The notes beneath the pieces are model-generated. The model was not told the DNA's origin. It did no database searches and worked only from the letters and a program-made list of their open reading frames with translations. This document shows positions 12,981-26,052 of a stretch of 64,000 nt of DNA, one piece after another. Positions within the stretch are counted from its first letter, which is position 1. The number at the start of each line of letters is the position of its first letter. The stretch lies in NCBI GenBank assembly GCA_004022145.1, contig RCNU01000005.1; one strand, written 5' to 3'. The translations under genes were made by a program, and so were the position numbers. The stretch comes from Paecilomyces variotii. Lineage: Eukaryota.

Positions 12981-14964
12981 CTAGGCCGACTCGTCGCGCT
13001 TGCGCTTTTTCAGAGGTCGTCGGTCGTTCGATGATGACTCGGACGCACTACCGTCAGAAGAATCTGAGGTTGTGGACTTGTTGGCGGCAGCGTGCGCAGC
13101 CTCGTAGAGGACAGCGCCCAGAGCACCGGCATCACTCTCGTCGAAAGAAGGCGTAGCTGGTGTTGTGTCACTGGTGTCAAGAACACCCATGACAATGGCA
13201 CCACCTCCGTGAGTTCTCGCGTGCTGAGCCAGGTTGTCGCTGCGAGAGAACTTCTTTCCGCACTCGTTGCACTCGAAAGGCTTGTCTTGCGTGTGCAGCG
13301 AACGATAGTGACGCTTGAGGTGCTCCTGGCGACGGAAGCGACGAGAGCAGAGAGTGCAGACGAAGGTCTTAGAGGGATCCTCAGTGAGGGACTGCTTGCG
13401 ACCGCGACGTGCAACAGGCATATGGGAAGCAGGGGCGTCAGAAGAGCTGGAAGCCGTAGCCTCAGTCTGGGACTTGTCCTGCTTCTGGGTCGTCTGCTGG
13501 CTGGAAGATGCTTCAGTGCTGTTGCCCCGGCTGGTGACGCTGGGCTGGCCCTGGACAACGGATCCAATGCTGTCGGAGTCGCTGTCAGGGAAGGACTTCT
13601 TGATCGACTTGCGAGAGGCCACACGCTTCTTGACCCTCATGTCTCCAGCGGCGTCTTCAGGGTTGGCCAACAGCAAATCAGAGGATGCGAAAGGCAGGCC
13701 CGACTGGCTGAAGGACTCGTCCTCGTCCTCGAAGGTATGTTCGCTGAAGAATTCTTCCTCCTCAAAGGAGGCATAGGCTCCAACGCGCTGTCTCTTGCCG
13801 CCCAGGTAGTAGGCGTTTCCAAAGTCGACGAGGCGGTTGAACTCGTCGTCCGAGTCCAGGTCAGAGAAGCTATCGAAGGCAGGGAGACTGGTGAGGGTCT
13901 GCTCAGTAGGGTTGGGGAAGGCAGACTCTGCACTGCCGTTGGCGGGCAGCGTAGCAGAAAGACCTCCGAGGATCAGCTTGTGCTCCTCGTCATCACCCGA
14001 GCACAGGGTCGGCAGGGGCGGGAAGTCGCTCGCAGCAGAGGTGACAGAAGAAGCGCCCACCGTCAGCTGTCGGGGGTCGCAGAAGTCAGAGGTGGCTGGC
14101 TCTGCGGATGGGCCAGATTGAGACGAGATCACTCCAGTGGGAACTGGTGAAGGAGATGGTGAAAGGGACGGGCAAGATCCGTTGACGGACAGGAGCTCGG
14201 AAGCTTGGCTCGCAGTAAGCGAAGGGGGGTGGATGAAGACTGGAGTCCGCCGGTTAGCGACCATTCCGTTTTTGGTACAACTCCACCAGATGGATTGGAA
14301 CATCCGATTTCCATCTATACCAACAACATCCCATCCAAGCAATGGAATGGATGAACACAGCATAAAAAAAAAAGAAAAAAATTCAAAACGTACCAGGCGT
14401 CATGGGAGGAGAGGCGGCTCTCGACCAGTCCGGGTTGGCCAGGCTCTCCGTGTGCACGTCCCCCTCGCAGCCTTCCTTCACGCCCTCGACCTTCTCCAGG
14501 GGGAAGAAGGATCCATTGACGGGAGTGTGCAGCGTTCCACAGCTCGATGGAGGGCTGCTGATCGTGCTTCCCGTTGTGGACAGTGGGGGGGTCGAGGGGA
14601 AGCCGTAGAAGTCAGCACTGACAAACCTGGTGTCCAACGGCATGAGGCCCGGAGAGCTCTGCTGGATCATGATTGTAGGCTTGAGGTGCGACGGTTGTGG
14701 CGAGGCAATGGGGGTCATGTTCATCGCACCCTGGAAAGGGCTCTTGGCTGCCATCTGGTGCTGCATGTTCAGAGCGTGTGCAGCGTAGATAGACTGTGGT
14801 TCCGGCATGCAGTGAGGCGGCTGGAAAGCCGACATGTGTCCACTGAACTGCATCTCGGCTGGGTTAGAGGTGTAGTGGTGTCGCTGCTGCTGCGACTCGG
14901 CATCGGGTGTGTAGAAGTAGAATGACTGTCCCGGCATGGGATGCATGGCGTATGTAGCTTCCAT
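12981..14964 (-). CDS. seb1: C2H2 zinc-finger transcription factor, Seb1/SebA/MsnA (STRE-binding) type
   Basis: Exon 1 14964-14394, intron 14393-14240 (GTACGT..CTAAC..CAG), exon 2 14239-12981. Contains [67 protein letters not shown]. Confidence 0.92.
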
Positions 14965-14987
14965 GACGAAGTGCAATTACTTCTTAT

Positions 14988-15056
14988 CTATCCAAATGCG
15001 TCAGTTTCCCAATTGATCTTCATGGTCTTTTGGGGGGGTAGGGCTGAAGAACTTAC
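14988..15056 (-). other. Probable 5'-UTR intron of seb1
   Basis: Minus strand GTAAGT donor at 15056, CTGAC branch at ~15004-15000, TAG acceptor at 14990-14988, 23 nt upstream of the ATG. Confidence 0.7.
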
Positions 15057-16258
15057 CTCTCACCAGATGGTATCTTGATTATCGGGTTTGTATCAGATTG
15101 TCCTTGGGGGTTGTTCCCGTGTCGAGGCCAAATGAAACCCGTATTGTTCTGGATGTTCTTTGTTGTGCAATATTAGAAACTAGTGGCGTACTACTCGAAG
15201 ACAAGTGGATTGTCACGGTTCGAGGAACGTTGGGGGGATATAGTAATAATAGATAATAATAGCACGCTGGATGATATATGTATGCACCGCCGTAAAGGAG
15301 TGTGGTGGTGGTCGAAGGAATGACTGGATCAGCAAGAGAGTCGAAACAGGATATTTTCTTCTTTGCTGATAGTAATGATAGTCGATGGTGTCTTGTTCGA
15401 TGTGGTTAAGACCGGATTATAATGGTTCTCTCCTCTAATAATAGTAGGTAGGTAGGTGGTGGTGGTGGTGATGATGATGTGTCGCCGGGGGGACTATAAA
15501 AGGAAGGACAGGACCTATTCGAGAACGAACCCAGCAAGACGGTATATAGACCGGGGAGGGGAACGTTGAATCGATTAGGAACCGGAAGGTAGCCAAATAA
15601 AATAAAAAAAATCACAAAGAACGGCGAACGATAATGAATTAAAAAAGACGGCCGCGGGGAACGAGAGACAAGGCCTTGTATGCTGAGGAAATGACAGACA
15701 GACCGGGTGGGCACCGGATAAAAGAGTGATCTGCCTGGGACAGGGCCAGGTTACGAGACAGGAACCGAACGGACGAGGACCACCCAGACTAAACTCTAGT
15801 CCAAGGCGGGATTCGGGACGATGGCGCAGTGTGCATCCCACCGGGACGATGGAGGTCCACGGTGGAATTGTCTCCATGTGCTAGAGTCCCATCGGTGTCA
15901 GATCCGCAGACTACGGGCAGGCACACGGCGTAGACATTTAGTAAATTAGTGCATGAAAGCTCCCAGCACCACTCCTCGGCCGGGGAACCAAAAAGAGCGC
16001 AAGTCTGGTGGAGTCTAGCACGAGTGGGAGATTATGGTGTTGCGAAGCTCGCGATGCACATTGGGTCGAATGCGGAGGTCCGACCCGGTAGCGTTGTCGT
16101 CCTACCGCCCAGCCGTATACCTAAGTTATAATAGTCTACCATACAGTACTGTACCATAACCATACCAACAGTAGTAGTACCTAGTCCACCGCCGGGGACC
16201 AAACGGCCGCCATGGGATGGGATGGGACATTGCCACGCCCGACCGTCTTGTCCCATTC

Positions 16259-16284
<26 letters not shown>
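16259..16284. repeat. (GA)n microsatellite
   Basis: About 13 consecutive GA units. Confidence 0.9.
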
Positions 16285-16289
<5 letters not shown>

Positions 16290-18966
16290 GACGAGAGAGG
16301 CTGGTTCTGACTTATTGGTTTGTTATTATTATCTCTCTCATCCAGCGGTTCAGCTCAGCAGCTGCCATCACAGCCCCCCCTCTCCCTTCAGGTCGTGTAT
16401 GGTAGTAGTGTATGGTACGGGTGTGCTGCCTCCCTGCTGACCTGGGCGGTTGTGAGACCGATAACGCGGCACTGTTGGATACACTCTGCACCGCCATGAG
16501 CACCATCAATGCCATGGACAGAGCCTATGGCCGCCCAGCGCGCACTCTCGAAGCCACGATTCGACGAGATCGCCGTACCAGTGTGCACGGCATATGCAGC
16601 AATGCTCAGCGCTCAGTGCCAATCACCATGCGAAGCCCAGCGTTGATCGACCTTGCTCACTCAGGGCCTGGTCGGTTCCACTGCGCATCCCGTTCAGTCT
16701 GGTCGGCTGCTGCTACGATGGCCACAACGCTCTTTGTTAATCTATCTTGGACTGGACTGGACTGGACTGGACTAACTACCATATGTCGCGGTTTCGAACA
16801 ACGTTCCGGAATGTCTCCTCATGATGGCAAAACGGTGGCAACGTCGAACAAAAACCATCAATCCCTTCACTCGTACTCGAAGTTATTATTATTGATCCCA
16901 AAAATGGTGAAACGCGACTCCTCCAGGTCTCGCGACAGAGATACCATAGACCAACGAAGATCACTGGTTTGCCCCCCCGCCTCTCTTCCCCCAAGACGAT
17001 TTATTTAGTTTCTTTGACTTTCCTTATCTGCACTGTCGGATGCAAGGCCTATCCATCGCCACCCAGTACAGGTGGAAAACGCTCACTGTGAGGTGATATA
17101 CCCCGCGTAAACTTCAGCTGTGGACTACATTGGGGATGATCCCCAAGCCTTAACTAGCAGACAGTAGTAGTAAGCCCACAGGTTTGATTGTGGATGGCAG
17201 AACAATTGCTCCTCTCTCGGTGTTGGACGGACAAACCTTGCATGCATGTGAACTTGTGAAGGGCAGTGTGTGATCGACTCTACTGCAGGAACAGCAACAA
17301 AAGAACAGCTGCAAATGGGACAAGCTGGTCAGAAAAGAAACCTTCGGGACGCTTTCCCCTTTGCATACACTTGGCCAATTGCCATCAAGGCCTCTTTGTT
17401 TAAGTTCATGCTGTTCAGCGAGGGGAGTCGCTGTCCCTCGACGGTGGAGCGGCTGCGTTTCACCGCCAGCATCTAGTCTGCAGTGTGCATCTGCACAGCA
17501 ATGCAAAAGCAGCATAGGCTGCTCCGGATCCCTGCTCTATATTCAACAAGGGCAGAAAAAAAAGTAATAGAAAGGCCCCTCCCCGGAATATGATCCATGC
17601 AAGAAGCTTCTGATTTATCCACCCTTCCCTCATCTACAAGCGATAACAAGCAAACAATGTAGATACTGTATCATATTGTACGGAGCAGGCAACGGCGGAA
17701 AAAAGCAGACTTGGAAGTGTGAGGGCGCTATCTAATGCGCCCACCAAATCACGGCTGGTGTGTGTCATCGATTACCATTACCACTGCTGACCAGTTTGAC
17801 TGATCTTACAGAGAAATCCTATCACATTGTCTCTGCATGTGAGGTATAGAGATAGTTAGAAGAGAGTCACTATGACCATCCATTCCCGTCACCTCTACTT
17901 GGCCAATAGTGAGCTTGTGCGGGCCAGAGCGAAGTGCTGACTGGGCGAATTATTTGCCGGTAGAGATTTGGTACACCCAATAATTCGCAAAACCGCTGTG
18001 GGATTACAGGCCATTGGGGTTCTGTGCCTCATTGGCCGGTCTAAAGATAGAAGAAGGTACCGTCTGTGGTCTCCCATGAAGCAACGGAACCACACCCGCC
18101 CGACCCAAGGGTGGCCGGAGTTATCAGACTACTGCTAACTTAGCTGTGCCTCTGGGATACACCAAGCACCCCAGGTCGTATGTTGTAGTTTCTCTCTGTG
18201 GTTAGACGCGTCATGTCGCATAACGACTATCGAGCTTCCAGAATCCCAAGCGTGATTCGATACAGGGGTTGGTTTGGAGTCCTAGTACGAGTCAGGTCAT
18301 AAGTCTTGTCGTGCTCACGCACCTCGAGTATGGTGTGAGCGCCACACACAGAATACCTAAAAAGAATAAAGCCCGCCCAAAAAAAAAGTGGACAGCCCTT
18401 AAGAAAAGAATTATTGCGCTTTTCCGTTCACTTTTGCCTCCCGCGGATTCCCAGGACCCTAACGCAGGCACGAGGTAAGCAACGAATTTCGTTCTCATAA
18501 TGGGCCGTTTGATCGAAAGGCACGTTCCTGCCAGAAGACAATGCGTGATCACGGTTTCATTGATGATTGGGTGAGATATGGCTCTGATAACAACCTCATT
18601 TAGCGCCGAAGGACGGACCTCCATACTCTAGTCTCCCCGATTAGTATTGTCAAGACCCAGTCGACTAGTTAACGGAGTCAAGTACGTAGAATTATTATTA
18701 TTATTGGCGCCAGATGAATGTCGGTTCTAGTGGGAATAGCACATCCGCGATGGCGGACAAGCTAGACGCTATAAGGTCGAGCAGGTACGCTACTGGTACC
18801 TGGTCCGCTGAGCCGGCGCCGCGGAAGTCCTTCCCAGAACAAGCGCCCTGATAAGTCTCGCGCGACACCAAGAGGATTATCCGATTTGCGCCTACTAACT
18901 ACTCCGACGAATCCGGGCTTATCGTGGGTGCCGCAGAGCGGGGAACTGGCAAAATACCGCGAAATA

Positions 18967-19334
18967 CAGTAAATCCCCGCTATAACGAATTGAATGAGGC
19001 ACGGAAAAAAATTCGTTATAGTGGAAAATTCGTTACAGCGAATATTAGCAAAAAGCGATTTATATTATGTAATCACAGTAAGGGACTGAAAATTTGCAAT
19101 ATTACATAATAAATCTCCAGAAATTAGGAATTTTTATTGGTTATTAGCTATGACTAATCCCTCGCTATAACGAATCCCCCATATAAAATCAGTGGTGAGC
19201 TAGGGTATTGTAACGAATTTCGTTATACCGAGGAATTAACGAATTTTATATGGGGGATTGAATCAGGCACTGAAAAAAATTCGTTATAGCGGAAAATTCG
19301 TAATAAAGGGGTTCGTTATAGCGGGGATTTACTG
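18967..19334. mobile_element. Non-autonomous DNA transposon (MITE), Tc1/mariner superfamily, pogo/Tigger-like ends
   Basis: Perfect 23-bp TIRs CAGTAAATCCCCGCTATAACGAA (18967-18989; reverse complement at 19312-19334), TA on both flanks (18965-66, 19335-36), AT-rich, repeated TTCGTTATA motifs, no transposase ORF. Confidence 0.92.
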
Positions 19335-22300
19335 TACCCAAAATCTGGTCCTTCGACTCAAGACTTCCAGATCTCTGAGTAGACTTTGGAGTAGATTCTA
19401 GCTTCGCCGCCATGCTCCGGGTCAAAAGACACCACTACTGGCGTCGCTTGTGTACGTGAAACATAGCGTCCGAACTCTTGGAGCAGTACCATTCCGTTTT
19501 GGGTAGGTATTGTACCCACGTTACATCAGAAACCGCAATCATATCATATGGTAAATAATAGTAAATAATGCCGCCACGGAACGTTCTGAATGCCGAGAGA
19601 CATATTATACGACGGAGCTTCTAGAAGGTGAGGCCCCGCAAATGAAGGGAACATCTATCGCGAGAAGCGCATGATTGATGCGCCCAGGGTTAATTGATGT
19701 TAAAACTGATCCAGCCCGCCCGTTAACCGATCCCGTGAAACGATGATGCTGCAGAGCGATCAGAAGAGGAACCCGCGAAGACCACATATGGAATGGTGTA
19801 GCTCCATATTGTTCCATCTTCTCAATCAACGGAGTAGATAACTACCATAGATAGTCGAAAATGAACGAGCCGTGACTTCGTCGATTTTCAACGCAGATCC
19901 TAACCGCTGTCGGCCGAGCAGACGTGGGCCCTGTTGATCACTGATACGGATTGATGGTTAGTAGTAGTATCTCGACCTCATGGTGCAATCGATAACCTTC
20001 AAACTATAATCGGTCGCATCATACTGAAATCCCCGTCTGCAGAGCTTCTCATGCGAGCGGAAGGTGTGACAAAACCAGGTCGTTGTTGCATCTCACATCC
20101 GAGACCTCTGGCAGTAGAAGTGACAACTCAGCCACCGACAGCATGTTAGCCAGATCTCTGCAACGGAAGTGAAACAATAATCTCACGAGGAGAGATGAGG
20201 TATTCTCGATTGAGTAACCGCTCAGAAAGGCATAATCCCACGATGATAGAGCTAGCCTGACGTAGATCGTGCGCGGAAAGGTGGCGTGCGATCGGAAAAA
20301 CGACCATCAGTGATCAGGCTTCGCTTCAGAGTTCTAGCCATCATACTATCGTGACGCCAGTCTTCTTCAAGGTACCCGTCTAGCAATCTTCCTAACTAGT
20401 GTTGTCCAGTCATCGCTTGAGATTCCACCAGGGATCCATGATATGCACCAAAGAGTAACATTTCCAGTAAGGTCTCGGAGATGAAATGGCCTACGATGAG
20501 GCTTAAGCTCTGCGGCCAGTTAGCCGACCGTCCTGCCGTCGGGAACGAACTCGATTCTCGAGTGCCGACCTTCTGTTAAGTGGTGGCTTGCCAACGTTAT
20601 TATTATTATTATTATTCAAGCCCCGGGCGAGCTTTCAACGTCTGCATCGGCACTTGCGTCTGCGTTTGGCGCAGGAACAGCATCATATTCTCCACGATCG
20701 TGCTTGCCTCTTACTCAATCCGTCCGTAGCCTTCCGGGTCCATTGTTAATACGGGCATCCGCCTTGGAGTCGAGTTAGATCATGGCAGAGAAATGGATCC
20801 TAGACATCCTAGGTCCATCACCATTTGACCTCAAGCTTTCAGACTGTCCCAGTCATATCTCGTGCGCTTTCAAAGGGGAAAGATTGAGAGGCTGGGAGCT
20901 TTCTACCGGCTACCTGCGGTGCGAGCGAGATAATATTGACATCAGCTATCTATCTACTCTGCACACAAGGGAGATCTCTGGCATGGCAGATTCCTAGGAC
21001 TAAATAATCTCCAGCATGGCGGTTTCTTTTCGCCTCATGGCCAACTGTCTCTATCCGAGACCTGGCTGGTGATCACGATTACATATCCACACGAGTTAAC
21101 GATCAGACTATCTATTACATGCGGTCACTCATTGAAGAAGTCGCGCGTCTGGTGGCAATTTGATATCCAGGGCCGGTATTCGATTGACTTCTCGAAATGG
21201 GATCGCCATGATCGCTAGAGCATGATAGCCGCTACTCAAGGTACCGGATCCTGGTAGACGCCAATCCCAGTACGAAGGTAGTCAACGCGCCGTCGACAAC
21301 TGACTTTCTGACCATGTATCATCAATCATTCCCCGCAATCACAGAGCCCCAAAAGTTCAAGATGTTATCGACAACGCTCCACCTGCAGTAGCGGCCAATA
21401 GACTAGTGCCCGTGGTACTCAGGCCTGGTATCATTCCCCAGACAACGGACGATCGCCGATGCGAGATTTACGTAAAGGATATGTCGATTGTGAATATAGA
21501 GAGCACTCTAGGATGATAATGCGGAGATAGCTTCGATGTTCTCAAGTCTCGACCTGCGGATAGCCTGGCATAAGGAAAGGTCTAGGCGAGATAGGGTAGC
21601 GGGAGAAGAACAATTCTTCCGGTGAAATGCGCCAATAGACGGTGTTTCACACTAGCGCGCGAGAAGATTTGGCCGTCATGAAAGAATTATTATTATTGAT
21701 CGAGTAGGTTACTAACTAACTAACTACTATTCCAGAATTCCTCGTTCTGATACCCAAGCACGTGGACATATCGCTGCAGAAGCGTTAAATTTCTGAGGCT
21801 CCGACATCGCAGGAAGAAGCACGTTGCGCTACAAGAGCACTTCGATTAACATCCATGGGATTATTCTCATTACTACAAATGGTGCCAATGATAACTAACT
21901 ATCTCATTTTCTCTCAATCGTACCTACAGAGGCTGTCTGGAGCTTCTGGACCCTCCCGGCCAGTCAGTGCTGGCTACTGAGCATTGAAATATTCTCCGTA
22001 AGAAAGCTTTGTGGTTCCTGAACTTTGGCTGTCCAATACGCCGCGATCACAAAATCACGATCGACAGCCTGGCGGAAGCTTTGCCCTAACTAGCGGAGAC
22101 CACTACTGTTGATGATGCGAGATGGCGAAACTTCGACTACCAGAAAGCAAAAGCGTTAGACATTATTCACTGGTCTCCAGAATGATCATCCCAGCCACGA
22201 GGGTACTTCTGCACTCGAGGCAGATCCCCAGCAAGCGATAAGGCGAATCCCTGCCGCAATTTTCCGCTAGATTCATGGGCCGTAAAGCCACCAGAAACGG

Positions 22301-23903
22301 GATTCTCAATAATGATAATATTAATAACGCTCAGCATTATTATACTTCACCGACTCTAAAAACGGCTGCAAATCAGCCCTAGCACATTGTAGCTAGAGAG
22401 CGATCGCGCCCTCGGCAAAAGGTAACCGCACAATTCCCCGAATGAGACTATCAAAGTATCATTGTTATTGATAAGCGTACTCGAGGAAGCTCGTCCGTAT
22501 ACTCTGACCCAATTGAGCATTCCCCGAAGCACTAGCCAAAATACTTATACGAGAGCCCACTATCAAAGTGAGGCGTCACTAAACAGCGACGCTATAAAGT
22601 ATTACAGTGAGTAGCAAGGCATCCTCGCCATGTCGAGCATTTGTCGGTAGGCACACATATGTACCTGTGCAGCTCGGGGCATTCGCACGATCATCGTACG
22701 ACTATGCGAGTGGAATTTTGAAACAAATGTGACTCTTCTCAACCCAACAGGGTTCCGCTGCCATTGAAAGAGACTATCATCCACCAACGGAGCATCAAAT
22801 TCTCATTTTCGTCGTTCAGTTTTCCTTCTGGTTTTCATGGCTTTCCAATGGGAGAGAGGGCTGCAGCAGGAGCAGAAACGGAATACACAAGAGATGAAAA
22901 CAGAGAAAAAAAATCAGAAACAAATCAGACGAGGCTTCAGAGAAATTGTCTTTTTAGAGATCATGCTCTGTGATCAAGCAGAGCGTTCATTCTCTTCCTA
23001 TCATGTTTGAAAACACAGATGCTTCCTCCAGAGGAGGTCACATCCCTCATCACAAGCCTCAATAATAATCAAAAGAAAAAAAAAAAAAAAAAGAGAAGAA
23101 ACAAAAAAGAAAACCCGAAGACACCTTCACACACCGCACGCGCAAGAATTTTCCCCCCACCCTAACTAACCCCAAAGTAGTAAATTCCACCATTCTCCGA
23201 ACCCCCCCCCCCCCCGCCAAACACCTATAAATTCTCTCCGCAACCGCGAGAATTTTTGATTCTTTTTTTTTTCTTTCTTTTCTTTTCCTCGTGCGGCGAC
23301 GCAACTATTAATTTCACCCGTGTTGCCTAAACATCTATCTCCTCCATGATGTTGTCTTAGGTGTCGGTTGCGTCACAGAGCGACGGAATTGCACACCGGT
23401 TCTACTTTATTGGCCCTTCTTCGAAGTTCGGGCGAGGTAAAACTCGTTCTTGCTTCATTTTCTTCCAAGGGTGTGGCCATTTGGTTTGGGATCGGACACT
23501 TATAAATTATTATAATAATCGGTTTATTATAATCTGGCTAGTAGTATTATTGTTACTTGCTTAGCATTATACTATTATACTGGTTTATTATTACCTTCTG
23601 TGATGTGGGAAGGCTTCGCTGTTTTGCGACTTGATTTTTGAAGTACCGTACCAGGAGGCTCAAGACGAGTGCGTCTTTGAACTCTCTCTTCACGTTGGTT
23701 TTCTACGGCTCCGGCAGGACGTGTCTGCAGCTGGGATATCGACTCCAATATTGCTGCTGCTTACGCTCTTACTTATCGCTAAGTAGTATAATATAAAGAT
23801 AAAGAAATCAAAAAATGGAAATGGAAATGGAAATTTTTGTGTGCTCATAATGATGTCTATCGTAGCTCTACCATTTTCACTCGTTTCTTATTATTACTCG
23901 CGT

Positions 23904-25185
23904 TTATTCGCCCGGCTCGTCTCCAATCTTCTCGAGCTTACCCAACTCCCTCTTCTCACCAGCTTCGCCCAGAATCCTGAGTCTGTCCACGCGAATCTTC
24001 TCGCCCTCGCCATCCCCATCAACGAAGAAGACAACCAACGACGTGACATGCTGGAACTTGACGAAGCGCAGCTCGACCTTTGCCGTGCCCGTCTTGGGAT
24101 CCCAGTCATTGGGCTCGATGGTCACCGTCTGCACGGGCGGGATGTCATCCGCTTCCTCGAAACCCAGCACATGTGAATGGTTAGTGTAGAGTCGTAGAGT
24201 CTTGGGTCGCATCGGCACCTCATCATCGTCGTCATCGGAGCTAGGTGGCAGTGAGGTGACATGCAGCGAGTGAATCTTCAGCGACGACTGGAAGGGCATG
24301 TAGAGCATCAGCTGCTCGTCGGTGTCGCTCTCAACCCAGTCCGCAGATGTCCCGGACTTGCCCTTGCCCTTGTCGCCGTTGAGACTCGATGGCTTCGATG
24401 AGTCGAAGAGCACCTTCGGAGCACCAAGCTCACTGTCGCAGTTCAACAGGTCGATTCCAGTGAGCTGGACCTGGTCCGTAATGTCTGACCATCCCTTGGG
24501 GACTGATGCGCCCAACCAGCCGCTAGAACCTCCGCTCGATTCACCAAATCCTTCGTCTGCTCCTTGTTCTGTCGCACTGGCTTCGGAGGCGAGCTTACGG
24601 ACGGCTTCAGAGAGCTTATTGGGGTCTGCACCACGGACGGTACTGACCGTTCGAGCGTTCTTGAAGATCATGAAGGTTGGCATCCTGTTCACGCGTCGTT
24701 GAACCGTTAGCATCTTCCTGTACACTGCATCTGTCTTGTCTTGCATTCCCACCATAACTACAGAGGCTTATGGATGGGGACCATCAGAATAAAGACAACC
24801 AGTTTCACACGTACGCAGTAATCCCATAAGCCTTTGCGATCTCTTGCTGTTCGTCAACATTGACCTTGGTGAAAGTGATCCGGTTCGGGCGAGACAGCTG
24901 GTTCGCCAGCTGCTCGTACATGGGCGCAATAGCCTTGCATGGTCCGCACCAATCTGCGTAGACTAAGGGATATCAAGGCAGGGACAAAGTTAGCCATGTA
25001 GCCTCAGAAACGATCATAATGCTTGTCGCTCAAACCGTTTGTAGCGGGGTAAACGGAGAAGGGCGGGGGGGTGAATGGCTTGCGCGCAGAGGGAACTGCA
25101 ACTCACAGTCTGTCACGACGATTGTAGAGGACGAAAGCAAGGAGCTAAATTGCTCCTTGGAGGAGATATGGACGAGACTCGACAT
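23904..25185 (-). CDS. txl1: Thioredoxin-like protein with PITH domain (Txl1/TXNL1-like)
   Basis: Exons 25185-25107, 24962-24815 and 24684-23904 splice in frame to MSSLVHISSKEQF...DFYADWCGPCKAIAP...YGITAMPTF, followed by a PITH domain (VESDTDEQLMLYMPFQS, LRFVKFQHVTSLVVF). Confidence 0.9.
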
Positions 25186-26052
25186 GCTTGATGTCGCGGC
25201 TGTGGCGCGGGGAAAGAGGAGGTTGAATGAGATGGGATCCGTGGCCTCGGCGGAGGTTGTTTGATGATGCAGTCGTAGCTGCTGCGCGCGCCGGAGCAAC
25301 GATATGTCATCAACGTCAGGTTCGAACTGTGGCTAGCAACCCGAGAGCGCGCAACGCGATGATGGATTATTGGTATGAGCGGTTAGTTGATTCTATTGAT
25401 TTCTAGCGCGGTCTTGCTGTTGGCTTGATTTTCTCTTTTTGCGGTTCTAATCATGTATCGTTGCTTCTGCAGGCCATAATATATTTTGAACAGTGGCTCC
25501 GCATGGAGCTTGATGTGAACTCCAAACAAGTGAAAGTTACGAACCCACACGTATATGGTTATATAGTCTATTGATACAAATAACTAAACCCAGATAGAAG
25601 TAAATGATACTATTTCAAGGCAATATATGACCTTGGCCACGAATGGTGAAGTAAGTCCCTCGTAGCATGAGGATGACCTGTAGCTACCTACCTATCTGCA
25701 CCTTCCTAGCCAAGATCCAACTCTTGTATAATCAGATCTCATACTGAAAAAGGTGCATTTTAGGCACACTTAGTAGTGTGTAAATACACTCGAGAGATCG
25801 AGCCAGCCTGAATACCACGGCGCAACTCAGATTTGACTCCTGCTGTTGGCCTGTGTCGACAACCTGAAAGACACAAGATACTGGCCTCTGTGGTAGACAT
25901 AGTAGAAACGTCTCGACGAGACAGATGGTGCTGTAAAATACAGCGTCCATAGGAGAGCATCCCACGATGGTAGGTCTCAGATGTGCCCATCTGGAATGGC
26001 CTGGGAGTGCCAAAGAAAAGGTTGATGTCAACACCCTTTCTCGACCCTTTTC

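Noticed and set aside
5406..14925. Long plus-strand ORFs (5406-6005, 6182-7051, 10264-11148, 13092-14150, 14137-14925)
   Set aside because: Antisense shadows of sec59, dph6 and seb1 with no recognisable motifs.
16412..17008. 198-aa ORF in the seb1 upstream region
   Set aside because: No recognisable domain, and it runs through GGACT and TTA microsatellites; likely chance.
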